Source of the DNA: Alphaproteobacteria bacterium | GTDB taxonomy: Bacteria; Pseudomonadota; Alphaproteobacteria; GCA-2731375 | Direction: 5' to 3' | NCBI GenBank assembly: GCA_965225945.1 | Contig: CBDDBZ010000026.1 | Coordinates: forward strand, 92,771 to 156,770 | DNA length: 64,000 nt | Shown here: positions 31,272-41,900 of the stretch, in pieces | Numbering within the stretch: position 1 is the stretch's first letter | Layout: each line of letters begins with the position of its first letter | Notes under the pieces: generated by a model | The model's database searches: none | Told to the model about the DNA's origin: nothing | Seen by the model: only the letters and a program-made list of their open reading frames with translations | Translations under genes and position numbers: made by a program

Positions 31272-32540
31272 ATGAGCTCGCTTTCCAATTCCTACCTCTG
31301 GCCGGAGGCCGGCCTCTCGGAGATTCCCGACTGGGTCTATACCGACCCCCGGATCTATGAGCGCGAGGTCGAGCGGATCTTCCACGAGCGGACCTGGAAC
31401 TATGTCGCGCTGGAGGCGGAGATTCCGCAAGAGGGGGACTTCGCCCGCAGCCATGTCGGCCCGACTCCGGTGGTCGTGGCCCGCGACGGCGAGGGCGAGG
31501 TCAATGTCTTCCTCAACCGCTGCAGCCACCGGGCGAGCGAATTTTGCCGCGAGCAGGGGGGCAACGCCAAGACCCTGATCTGCCCCTATCACCAATGGAC
31601 CTACGACCTGGGGGGCAATCTCGTCGGCGTCCCCTTCCGTCGAGGATTGAACGGCCGGGGCGGCCTGCCGAAGGACTTCGACCTCGCCGCCAACGGCCCC
31701 CGCCGGCTGGCCGTCACCACGCGCGGCGGCGTCGTCTTCGCCTCCTTCGCCGAGGACACGGCCCCGCTGGAAGCGTATCTGGGCGAGACCATGCTGGCCG
31801 AGTTCGATGCGACCTTCGACGGCCGCCCGCTCGAGCTTCTCGGCTACTATCGCAACACCGTGCCGGCCAACTGGAAGCTCTATCACGAGAACCTGAAGGA
31901 CCCCTATCACGCGACCCTGCTGCACAGCTTCCTGGTCACCTTCGGCCTCTTCGTCGCCGGCAACCGCACGGCGGTAATGACCGACCCCAGTGGTCTACAT
32001 GGCGCGCTCGCCTCCGCCAAGCGGGAGGGCGTGAGCCACGTCTCCGACGAGGCGCGGGGTGAAATGCGCGCCTTCCACGCGGATTTCCGGCTCGAGGCGC
32101 CGGAAATAATGGACTTTGTCGAGGAGTTCGATTCGCCCTGGTCGGTGACCATGCGGACGATCTGGCCGAACCTGATCGTGCAGCGCGAGATGAACACGCT
32201 CGGCGTCCGCCAGATCGTGCCGCGCGGCCCGCACGAGTTCGCCATGCACTGGACCATGTTCGGCTTCCAGGGCGACGACGACGCGATGCGCCGTCACCGC
32301 CTGCGCCAAGGCAACCTGATGGGCCCGGCCGGTTTCCTCGGCATGGAGGACAACGAGGCGATGAAGTTCGTGCAGGACGGCATGAAGCGCTCGCTGCCGG
32401 GCGGGCACGTGGTGGCGATGGAGCCGGAAATCGAGGCGGGCGGCACCGATTGCGTGATCTCGGAGGCGGCGATCCGCGCGATGTACAAGAGCTGGCGCGA
32501 GATCATGGGCATCGGCCAAGCCGGCGAGACTCGCCCATGA
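31272..32540 (+). CDS. Rieske ring-hydroxylating oxygenase alpha subunit (salicylate 5-hydroxylase-like)
   Basis: NRCSHR..CPYHQW, NWKLYHENLKDPYHATLLH, EDNE. Confidence 0.92.
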   Translation: MSSLSNSYLWPEAGLSEIPDWVYTDPRIYEREVERIFHERTWNYVALEAEIPQEGDFARSHVGPTPVVVARDGEGEVNVFLNRCSHRASEFCREQGGNAKTLICPYHQWTYDLGGNLVGVPFRRGLNGRGGLPKDFDLAANGPRRLAVTTRGGVVFASFAEDTAPLEAYLGETMLAEFDATFDGRPLELLGYYRNTVPANWKLYHENLKDPYHATLLHSFLVTFGLFVAGNRTAVMTDPSGLHGALASAKREGVSHVSDEARGEMRAFHADFRLEAPEIMDFVEEFDSPWSVTMRTIWPNLIVQREMNTLGVRQIVPRGPHEFAMHWTMFGFQGDDDAMRRHRLRQGNLMGPAGFLGMEDNEAMKFVQDGMKRSLPGGHVVAMEPEIEAGGTDCVISEAAIRAMYKSWREIMGIGQAGETRP

Positions 32541-33022
32541 GCGAGAGGCCAAGGGAACGTCGACTCTCGGCGGTCGAGCGCTTCAACGTCGACTACGCCC
32601 GCGTGCTCGACGAGGGAGAGCTCGGCGCTTGGCCTGCCTTCTTCACCGAGGACGCGCTCTACGTCGTCACCGCGCGCGAGAACTTCGATTCCGACCTCCC
32701 CGTCGGCCTGATTTATTGCGAAGGGCGGGCAATGATGAAGGATCGCGCCTTCGCGCTGCTCAACACGACGATGTTCGCGCCGCGCTATCTCCGCCATTTC
32801 GTCACCAACGTCTGGGTGGGCCAGGGCGAGGCCGCGGAATTCGAAGCCGGCGCCAACTACTTGCTGACCCAGGTGCTGGCGGACGAGCCCACCGCCACCA
32901 TCCATCAGGTCGGCCGCTATATCGATAGCTTCGTCGAGCGCGACGGCGGCCTGCTGTTGGGAAAGCGGATTTGCGTCTACGACGACGCCCTCATCGACAA
33001 CGCCCTGGTGCTGCCGGTCTGA
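32537..33022 (+). CDS. Ring-hydroxylating oxygenase beta subunit
   Basis: YARVLD..W..FFTEDA.Y, ARENF, RYLRH; ATGA overlap with alpha. Confidence 0.9.
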   Translation: MSERPRERRLSAVERFNVDYARVLDEGELGAWPAFFTEDALYVVTARENFDSDLPVGLIYCEGRAMMKDRAFALLNTTMFAPRYLRHFVTNVWVGQGEAAEFEAGANYLLTQVLADEPTATIHQVGRYIDSFVERDGGLLLGKRICVYDDALIDNALVLPV

Positions 33023-33039
33023 GCGGTATCAGCTCCGCC

Positions 33040-33096
33040 AGAGCCATTTCCGAACGGATGGAACCGGTGCGGTTCCATCCGCTCGGAAATTTCTCT
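33040..33096. repeat. Palindromic hairpin (REP-like element or bidirectional terminator)
   Basis: ATTTCCGAACGGATGGAACCG-GTG-CGGTTCCATCCGCTCGGAAAT between convergent genes. Confidence 0.6.
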
Positions 33097-33426
33097 AGTT
33101 TTGGAGAAGGATTAGCCAGTGCTGGTAATCAGTGGAACTAGACGTTAGTCCTTGGCGTAAGTATCAGCCGCTTGACTATCGAATTCGATCATCACGCAAG
33201 GTTCATCTCCAACGACTTGAGCCTGGTGGCCGGGCTTAACTTCGTATACGTCACCTGGACTCACTGTGACTTCGCTTCCATCTTCATGTTGAATCAACAA
33301 TTGACCCGATTGCACCACTCCGAGATGGTGATGCTGACAGCTGTCCGTGCCGGCGACGGGCGCGATACATTCAGACCATACCCACCCTGGCTGAGCGGTC
33401 ATCCGTGCAACCTTGGTAGATCCAAC

Positions 33427-34181
33427 CTTGCCTATCCGGTTATCACCCACACCCACTATATGTAGTGTGCACCCATTTTCCTGAGTAAAGCTCGGTGCAG
33501 GTCGAAGCGGAGATATCTCCGGCGATGCCGAGCAGGGACTCGGACGGCATTGTAGCGCCTTTTAGGCGACACTTTAGCGTGGTGGAAATCCTAATCATTG
33601 AGTCGGATTTGGCAAAACGCCACGTTGCATAAAGGACCGTCACTTCATTGAAATTTATCTGAAATCGGAGGTGAACGACACCGATGGAATATTCCAGGAA
33701 ATCAGAGCTTCATTGAATTGTAGGATTCGAGTGCCGGATTATTCACAAATAGCTCTGTGAACTGGTTTTCAAGTTCGCTCAATACGTCATATGAAGTAAA
33801 CGGATTGAGGATCACGTTCTTGCGTGTCGCTTCGTCTTCGCTGCGACTCAAAACGCGCAGGAGACTAACAGGCGCGGACGGGTTCTTCGCAACGATTCGT
33901 GCCAGCGCGTCGCTTTCTTCGACTAGTGCCGTCAATCGCTCAGACGATGTCGTTTCATCAGCAGCTTCCCGTCTGGCCGTGGGTTTCTTCGTTTTTCCCT
34001 TGGTCGCCACCGTTCCGTCCCCCGATGTTAAGTACGTGACGTGAATTAAACTCCGGTTCGGTTTTCAGAACAATCAAGAATTAGCCGGATCGCCTCCTCA
34101 ATGCGCCTGCGCCGGCCCTTGCCTGCAGTCCAAGGAGACACACTACATATAGTGGGTGTGGGTGATAACCGGATAGGCAAG
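33427..34181. mobile_element. Non-autonomous IS1595-type cassette (MITE/MIC) with passenger gene
   Basis: 43-bp perfect TIRs starting CTTGCCTATC; 8-bp TSD GATCCAAC at 33419 and 34182; no transposase. Confidence 0.88.
33702..34010 (-). CDS. Passenger hypothetical protein with LRV/HEAT-like repeats
   Basis: Basic N-terminus; VAKNPSAP..LL..LS and NVILNP.T repeats; start uncertain. Confidence 0.6.
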   Translation of the reverse strand: MATKGKTKKPTARREAADETTSSERLTALVEESDALARIVAKNPSAPVSLLRVLSRSEDEATRKNVILNPFTSYDVLSELENQFTELFVNNPALESYNSMKL

Positions 34182-34396
34182 GATCCAACCTCGACGATTT
34201 CCACAGTTGTTTTTTCCCGGCGCCGCACTTCATCCGGTGATGAAAAATCAATATTATTAACTCCTGCACTCATAGAAAATCTCCCCTTGGCTCATTTGAG
34301 AAAACAGCTACACGACAATGATACTACCACCTGACCGACCTGTCTACTCGACCGCTAGCCCTCTGTCGCTAGCCCTCGGCGCGCTCTCGTCGAACC

Positions 34397-35407
34397 TCAG
34401 TAGCTCGGCTTCAGTTTCAGATAGCGGCGGCGATCGCGCGAGGGCACGACGATCTCGACCGGCTCGCCACCGCGCCAGAGCAGCAGGGGGATCTCGGTTC
34501 CCGCCGGCCCCAGCGACCAGATCCGCCGGTACATGTCCGCCATGTCGGCGACCGGCCGGCCGTCGACCCCGAGCACCACGTCGCCGGCGCGAATGCCGGC
34601 GCCGCGCGCCGGCCCCTCGCCCGCCACCCGCGTCACCAGGATTCGCCCCATCGCCTCGGTCGTGAACATGCCGAGCCAGGGCCGCGCCGGGCGCGGCTCC
34701 CAATCCTTGGTGATCAGGTCGGCGAGGATCGGCTTCAGGAGGTCGATCGGCACGAACATGTTGCCGGGTAGCGGCTCCGCCCCCGGCCGCGCGTTCGCCA
34801 CCATCAACGAGCCGATGCCGACCAGTCGGCCCGCCGCGTCCACCAGGGCGGCGCCGGCCCAATCGCGATAGGGCGGCGCGGTGAAGATTGCGTTTTCCAG
34901 CAGGTATTCCCAATAACCGGCGAAGACCCGGCGCGAGACGACGAAGACGCCGCTCGCCGCATCCGCGCCGCCGTGGCCGACTGCCAATGCCGGCGTGGCG
35001 GCTTCGAGCGCGCTCGAATCGCCGAGGCGCATCGCCGTCGCCTGGATCGCCCCCTCCGCCTGGAGAAGGCCGAAGCCCGTGGCCCCGTCATAGGCCACGA
35101 TCTCCGCCGCGACGCGCGTGCCGGCCGAATCGACCACCGCGACCGCGCTCGCCTCCAGGATCAGGTAGCCGATGGTCAGGATCAGGCCGTTATCGTCGAT
35201 CACCACGCCATGGCCCGAGCGCTTGCGCCCGAGGGCTTTGGCGGTCCGCGCCGCCCCGGGGATCTCGGCTTCGACCCGCACCATCGATGTGAGCGTCCGC
35301 GCCAGATCGAAGGGCGGTTCGGCGGCGAGGCCGGGCGATGCGGGAAGCAGCAAGAGGACGAGCGGCAGCCAGCGCCAGTGGAGCCAACTGTTTCTCGTCG
35401 TCTGCAT
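34397..35407 (-). CDS. S1C trypsin-like/PDZ protein
   Basis: Signal peptide, GHGVVID, G.LVGIGS, RPWLG, PDZ (GPA..AGI..GDVV). Confidence 0.85.
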   Translation of the reverse strand: MQTTRNSWLHWRWLPLVLLLLPASPGLAAEPPFDLARTLTSMVRVEAEIPGAARTAKALGRKRSGHGVVIDDNGLILTIGYLILEASAVAVVDSAGTRVAAEIVAYDGATGFGLLQAEGAIQATAMRLGDSSALEAATPALAVGHGGADAASGVFVVSRRVFAGYWEYLLENAIFTAPPYRDWAGAALVDAAGRLVGIGSLMVANARPGAEPLPGNMFVPIDLLKPILADLITKDWEPRPARPWLGMFTTEAMGRILVTRVAGEGPARGAGIRAGDVVLGVDGRPVADMADMYRRIWSLGPAGTEIPLLLWRGGEPVEIVVPSRDRRRYLKLKPSY

Positions 35408-35476
35408 CGAAACAGCTTAGAACACGACGCCGCCGGGCGCAAAGTACGATCGCGCGAGGGCGGTGCCCGCGATCAA

Positions 35477-37849
35477 CTATTTGGTGGTGGCGACGAAGAC
35501 ACCGTCCCAGTCCGGGCCCGGTGGGTTTTCCTGGTAATATTCGATCCGCTCGTCGTAGAGGTCGTAAAGCTGGCCCAGGCTCTCGTCGAGGGCTCGGCAT
35601 TCGCCGGCCAGCGCGCGGGCAGCGGCCCAGTCTTGCTCCCGGTAGGTGGCGAGCATTCGCCCGTGCGTTTCGGTGAGCGTGGCGAAGGCCGGATCGTCCA
35701 GCATTCGCTTTCGGCCCATCAGCGCGAACACCCGGACCGCCTCGATCTTGCCCTTGACCGCGATCAAGTCGAGCTCCAGCGTCGCGAATTCCGGCGCCGC
35801 CAAGCGGGTATCCTCGCCGATGACGATGCCGACGCCATAGGTCTTCGACTGACCCTCGAGGCGGGAAGCCGTGTTGACCGCGTCGCCCAGCACCGAATAG
35901 TCGAAACGCTGTTGAGAGCCCATATTGCCGACCACGCAGTGGCCGGTGTTGAGGCCGATGCCGATGTTCAGGGTCAGCGGCTCTTCGTCCTCGCCCGCCT
36001 CCTCGACGAACTGCGCGTTCAAGCTCCGGAGTTCCTCGAGCATGGCGAGGGCGGAATCGCAAGCGTGACGCGCGTGTTTCAAATCATCCAGGGGCGCGTT
36101 CCAGAACGCCATGACGCAGTCGCCCATGTATTTGTCGATGGTGCCGTCGCGGGCCATGATCGCGTCGGTCATCGGCGTGAGGAACCGGTTGATCAGCCAA
36201 GTGAGGCCTTGAGGATCGGTCTTAAAGCGCTCCGCGATCGAGGTGAAATCGCGGACATCGCAGAACAGGAAAGTCATCTCCTTCATCTCGCCGCCGAGCG
36301 CCAGCTTGCTCGGATCCTGGGCCACCAGCTCCACCATCGCCGGCGAGAGATACTGCTGGAAGGCGCCGCGCACCGCGCGCTTTTCCGCCTCGGTGTCCAG
36401 ATAACCGACGATGGTCGAGGCGCCGTAGACCCCGACGATGGTGATCGAGGGATAGAGCGGATCGAACAGCCAGAGATATTCCGAATACGCGATCCAGGAG
36501 CCGCCCACCGCCAATGCCACCGCGCCGAAACCGATCGCCGCGCCGAGCGCGGCACCGAATCGCGGCGTGAACATGACGAGAAGCAGTCCCAGCATCGTGA
36601 TGAAGCCCAGCTCCGCGCCGAAGGCGAAGTCCGGGCGCCTCAGGAAGTGGCCGAGCAGCATCTGTTCCGCCGCCTGCGCGTGAATCTCAACCCCGGGCGA
36701 GGTCAGGTTCAGCGGCGTCGAGCGAAGATCCTTGAGGCCGGCGGCGCTGGTGCCGAAGAACAGAATGTGCCCCTCGACGAGCTTGGAGTCGAAATCGGCT
36801 TCCAAAATTTTCCAGGCGGGGATATATCGCTCCGCCACGTAGTCGGTGTAGTGCATTCAGATCCCGCCGCGCTCGTCCACCGGCACCTCGATCCGCCCGA
36901 TCTTGACATGATTGAGACCGGTATTCTCGCCGAAGCTCTCTTCCTTGTTGGCGCCCGACGCCTTCAGGATATAGGTTCGGGCGCCTTGATAGAGCCGAAC
37001 CGCCTCGGCCGAAAGCGAGGGATAAATATCCTCGCCAAGCCTCAACATGGTCGGAATTCGGCGAACGATGCTGTCCGCCTCCGGCACCATGTTGAAGCTT
37101 CCGAGACCGCTCGCCGCCCGCTCGATCTCCGGCAGGTTGGGCGCGCTGGTTCTGAAGCCGTCGATAAAGCCGCGGGGATCGTCGCCGGCCACCGCGATGC
37201 CGAACTTGCGACCCTTGATCGGCGTGCGATCCGGGCCATCCGTGGTGAAGGCGTATCCGGCGACGACGCCATGTCGTTTGGAAAGTTTTCCAACTTGTTT
37301 GATCACGTCGACGAAGACGGCATCATTGTCGGGGACCGATTCCAGGATCGAGCGAGCGAATTCCCGATAGTCGGCCGGAAGCTCCTCGAGCTTCAGCTCT
37401 CGTTGCCCCAGCCAAACGGGCAAGACCTGGCTCGGCGAGGTTCGGTCCGCCTCCGCGAAGACGATGTCGAAGGCCACGACCTGCGTTCCCGCTTCGAACA
37501 GGGTGGTCAACATCCGGGCCAACGTTCTGCGTGGCCAGGGCCATTGTCCGAAGCGCAACAAGCTGTCTTCGTCGATGTCGATGATCTTCACCGGCACCGG
37601 GATATAGGGACGTGGCTTCGTCTGCTGATAGAGATCGTAGACCTTGTACTGCATCGCCTGCAAAAATGGGGGATTGGCGACGTAGAGCCACATTCCCGCC
37701 AGCAGCATGATGGTCGGGACGACGTAGACCATGCGGCGGCGAACCGTCCGCGCGGCGGCCTTGATGACGTCGGCGATGCTCGGCCAGCCATGCGCGTCGG
37801 GGCTCGCGTCGGGGCGAGGAATTCGCGCGTTGTCGGCAATCGTGGTCAT
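35477..37849 (-). pseudogene. CHASE2 adenylate/guanylate cyclase with in-frame TGA at 36857..36859
   Basis: ORFs 36857..37849 and 35477..36856 abut in one frame; GQWPWPR, FCDVRDFT, DKYMGD, GDAVNTASRLEG. Confidence 0.88.
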
Positions 37850-37924
37850 GCGGTCGGTTCGTCCATTGCCTCCCGTCGAGGCGTCAGAATAGTCCAGGCT
37901 GGCCCCGAGCGCGACCAGTAAGGA

Positions 37925-38815
37925 CTACGCGCTCTCGACCACGCGGTAGCGCGCTGCTTCCCGCGCCAGGCGCTCGAGGTTTTCCTCGCTATAGGCGACA
38001 TAGTCGACGTCGAGTGCCAGGCGCGTCTCCGAAACCACGCTCCAGAGCGCTTCGCGCAACAGCGAGGCCACCTTCATCGCCCCGAATCGCCGCCGCATCG
38101 GCTGGTCCGCCGCCGTGCCGTGGTAGAGCCGCAAGAGTTCGTTCTCGCCTGCGTCGTCGAGCTCGTTGTTGGTCGCCAAATTGGCGAGATCGAAGAGGGC
38201 GTCGTTCCAACCGCCGTATTCCCAGTCGATCAGCCAAAGCCGCCGGCCGTCGTCGAGCAGGTTCGCCGCCACCAGGTCGTTGTGGCAGAACACCGGCAGC
38301 ATCGGCCCGAACGCCGCCGCCAACGCCTCGTTGAGCCGAGCGAACTCGTCGAGCCGGTGCGCCAGCCGACAACCGTCCTCTTTCAGGATACGCAGGTAGC
38401 GCCGGATCGCTTGAAAAACCCAGAAGCAGGGCCCCGGCACGTCGAGATGGCGTGGCAGCTCCCGGTGACAGCGCCGAACCAGGTCGACGATCCGAGCCAT
38501 CGTCGCCGACGCCCGAACGTCCGCCGCCTGGTAGGTCCGGGCGCCGGCGACATAGGCCAGAACCAAGACCCCCGGCTCGCGATGCAGGACCTCGGGCGAG
38601 AGGCCGGCGGCATGCGCCGCGCGGCTCACCGTTACCTCGTTGAAGCGCCACACGGCGTGCGCCGGGACGTCGCCGCCGATCCGCACCACATGGCGCCGAC
38701 CGGCGTCCAGCACCGTGAAATTGCGGTTGGAGAGGCCGCCGCCCAACGGTTCCGGCGCGACCGGTCCGCGCCAATACTCCAGATCGCGGGCCCGCGCGAG
38801 CGCCGCCTCGTCCAT
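37925..38815 (-). CDS. Choline/ethanolamine kinase-family phosphotransferase
   Basis: GGLSNRN, CHNDL...N, LIDWEYGG. Confidence 0.9.
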   Translation of the reverse strand: MDEAALARARDLEYWRGPVAPEPLGGGLSNRNFTVLDAGRRHVVRIGGDVPAHAVWRFNEVTVSRAAHAAGLSPEVLHREPGVLVLAYVAGARTYQAADVRASATMARIVDLVRRCHRELPRHLDVPGPCFWVFQAIRRYLRILKEDGCRLAHRLDEFARLNEALAAAFGPMLPVFCHNDLVAANLLDDGRRLWLIDWEYGGWNDALFDLANLATNNELDDAGENELLRLYHGTAADQPMRRRFGAMKVASLLREALWSVVSETRLALDVDYVAYSEENLERLAREAARYRVVESA

Positions 38816-38920
38816 GCCTCACCCCCTCCCCACCGCCAACTCGCGCATAATTCATGCCACGTTTGTCGCCGGCATTGATAGGATGGGGGCGATCATTGGT
38901 GACGGCGCGGGAGCGCGAGC

Positions 38921-41900
38921 GTGAAGCGTTTCTTGAAATGGGGTGGCCTCGGCCTCGGCGGCGTGACTCTGCTCGCGGCCCTGGCGCTCGTGCTCGCGCC
39001 GCATTTGCTGCCGGACGGACTGATCGAGGGCGAAGTGGAAGCGGCCTCGCTCGCGGTGACGGGCCGCCCGTTGCAAATCAAGGGCGGGGTCGAATTTTCC
39101 CTCCTGCCCCATCCCCAGGTCACCATTCGCGACCTCCGTTTCCCCGGGATCGAGGGCGGCACGCCCGAGATGGCCAGGATCGAGGTGGTGGAAGCGCGGC
39201 TCGCTTGGGGTTCCCTCATCTTCGGCGATATCGCCGTCCGCTCGATGCGCGTCGTGGCGCCCGAGGTGACGCTGGAACGCCTCGCCGACGGCCGCGCCAA
39301 TTGGGAATTCGCGCCGAGCGAAGCGGAATCCCCGGGCGCACCGGGGCCCGAGGGCGGCGGGCCGGCGCTCTCCCTCGATTTGCTCACCATCGAGGGCGGC
39401 CGCCTTCGCTATCTCGACGCGACGGCCGGCCACGACCATGAGGTCGAGGACCTCGCGGCGACGATCCGGGCAGAGGATCTGACCGCTGGTCCCTTCGAGA
39501 TCGAGGGCGCGGGCCGACTGCGTGACCAGCCCCTGAAGTTTCGTCTCGAGACCAGCCGCCTCGCCGCCGACCACCCGCTGCGGCTGGAGCTCGATCTGCA
39601 AAAGGGCGAGATGCGCCTGCGTCTCGCGGGCGAGGCGAGCGGCGCCCGCGCCGATGCGCGCTTCAGGCTCGACGTCACGGCGGAGGGAGCCGACCTCGCG
39701 CGCGACCTCGCCCTTCTCATGGCCCCGCCCGCCGGTCTTCTCCAAGGCGCCTATTCCCTGAAACTCGAGCTGGAGGGGGACCGCCGCGCGATCGCCGTGT
39801 CGGCGATGGAGGCGCGGCTCGGCACGCTGGCCGCCAAGGGAGAGGGCCGCGTGACGTTTGCCCCGGCGCTCGCCGTGGAGGCGCGGCTCGATATCGGCGC
39901 CGTGGACCTGGACACCCTGCTGGCGGCCCTCGCCACGGAGGCGATACCCGCCGAGACCACCTCGGCGCCCACGCCCTTCGCGCTCCCGAGCGAGGTGGTG
40001 GCGAAGCTCGATCTCGGTATCGAATCGATCCGCTGGCATGGCCGGACCAGCGGGCGGACGCGCCTCGCTGTCGAGCTGGCGGAGGGCCGGCTGAGCGTCT
40101 CCGGCGCCGCGTTCGAACCACCCGGCGGCGGCAAGCTCGCCTTTGACCTGGACCTCGCCGCCGAGGCCGGGCGCCCCCGGCTCGACTGGCGGTTGGACGG
40201 CGCGCCGGCGGCCCCGCGGGCGTTCCTCGCCTGGCTCGGCGTCGAGGCCGAGGCCCTGCCGCCCGAGGCCGTGGCGAAGCTCGCCATCGCCGCCCGGGGG
40301 ACCTTGAGCGACCAGGAGGCGCGCATCGCCGACCTGGTGGTGAGGCTCGACGAGACCACGTTTCGCGGCACCGCCGCCGCCGTCTTCACCGGCCGTCCCC
40401 GCCTGGAGGCGCGCCTGGAGATCGACGTTATCGACCTCGACCGCTATCTCGCGGCGGCAACCGACTCCTCGGCACCGGCCCAAACCTCGATGCCCGCGAC
40501 GGGCGAAAACCTTCTGGCGATGCTGGACCGCTTCGACGCGGCACTCGACATCAGCCTCGGCCAGGCTCGCCGGCACGGCCAGACCATCGAGGGCGTCCGC
40601 TTCCAGGGCCGCCTGGTTGCGGGCGCCATTCGGGTGGAGACGCTAGAGGTCCGCGACCTCGCCGGCGCCCGCCTGAGCTTCCGGGGCGAGGTCGCCGATC
40701 TGGCGAGTGGGACGCCGCGTTTTTCCGTCGACTATTCCATCGAGGTGGCCCAGGCGGGAGCGATATTCGACCTCCTCGATGTCTCGCGTCCGGCGGCGGG
40801 GGAGCGGCTGGGGCCGCTGGAGTTGCGGGGCTCGGCCTCGGGCGACGTCTCGTCGGTCACGGTGGACGGCGAGGCGGTGTTGGCCGGCGTGACGGCGAGG
40901 CTGGCGGGCGAGGTGGGCCTGGCGGCGGCGCCGGTGGACGTGCGATTGCGGCTGGAGACCCGGGACCCGAGGGCGGCGCTCCGGCTCGCGGGCATCGCGG
41001 CGCCGGCCGGTCTCGGCCCCCTGACCGCTTCGCTCAGCGCCAAGGGCAACGCGGAAGCCGCGAAGGTGGCGGGCGAGCTGACCGTGGCGGGCGGCGCGCT
41101 GACCCTCGAGGGCGATCTCGCCGGCCTCGGCACGGCACCGCGCGCGGCGCTGACGGTGCGCCTCGATCACCCGAAGCCGACGGCGCTCCTCGGCCTGCTC
41201 GGGCTCGACTACCGACCCCGGGCCCCGAAGCGGGTGAGCCCGCTGAGGCTGGCGGCACGGATCGAGGCGAGCGGGGCTGGGATCGTGGCGCGGGAGATCG
41301 ACCTGAAGCTCGGCACCTCGGCCCTGACGGCGGAGGCGACGGTGACGCTGGGCCCGTTGGAGGCGGATTTGAAGGTACGGGCCAGCCGGCTCGACCTGGA
41401 CGCGCTGCGCCCGAGGGATGCGGGCAAGGCGCCGAGCGGCGAGGGCGCGTCGGGGGTGGCGAGCGTGCCGGCGGATATGGTGCTGCGGCTGGACTTGGCG
41501 GCCGATCGGGTGGACTGGAACGGTGAGCGGATTACCGGCCTGGTGGCGCGGGGCGGTCTGGAGCAGGGTGCCGTCCGGCTCGACCGGTTGGCGGCGGCGC
41601 TGCCGGGCGAGACGCAGCTGGCGCTGCAGGGACGCCAGGTGGCCGGCGCCTCGGGCCCGCGCCTCGAGGGGACGGTCGAGCTGACCGCCGGGGCGCCCCG
41701 AAGGCTGCTGGCGTGGCTGGGCGTGGCGCCGGCGAAGCTGCCGAAATCACGGCTCACCAAGCTCGCGGTGAAGGGCCGACTGGCGGGGGAGGCGGGCTCG
41801 ATCTCGATCGAGGATCTGGTGGCGAGGCTCGACGAGACGACGCTCCAGGGCCGGCTCCAGGTGGCCTTCGCCGGCCGGCCCCGGGTCGATCTGGAGCTGT

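Larger units (their letters stand above)
33145..34273 (-). pseudogene. Cupin protein split by a 755-bp element
   Basis: Excising 33427..34181 plus one TSD gives a 121-aa ORF MSAGVNNIDFSSPDEVR..VEVGSTKVAR..PGW.WS..C...H.G..PGH. Confidence 0.9.

Noticed and set aside
36857-36859. Recoded TGA (selenocysteine or genetic code 4)
   Set aside because: TGA ends many ordinary genes here, the site looks like a Trp position, and no SECIS was recognised
34973-37921. Long antisense or alternate-frame ORFs (also 6134..7828, 25024..26862, 41713..43374, 50488..52272)
   Set aside because: GC-rich shadow frames of well-supported genes with no motifs
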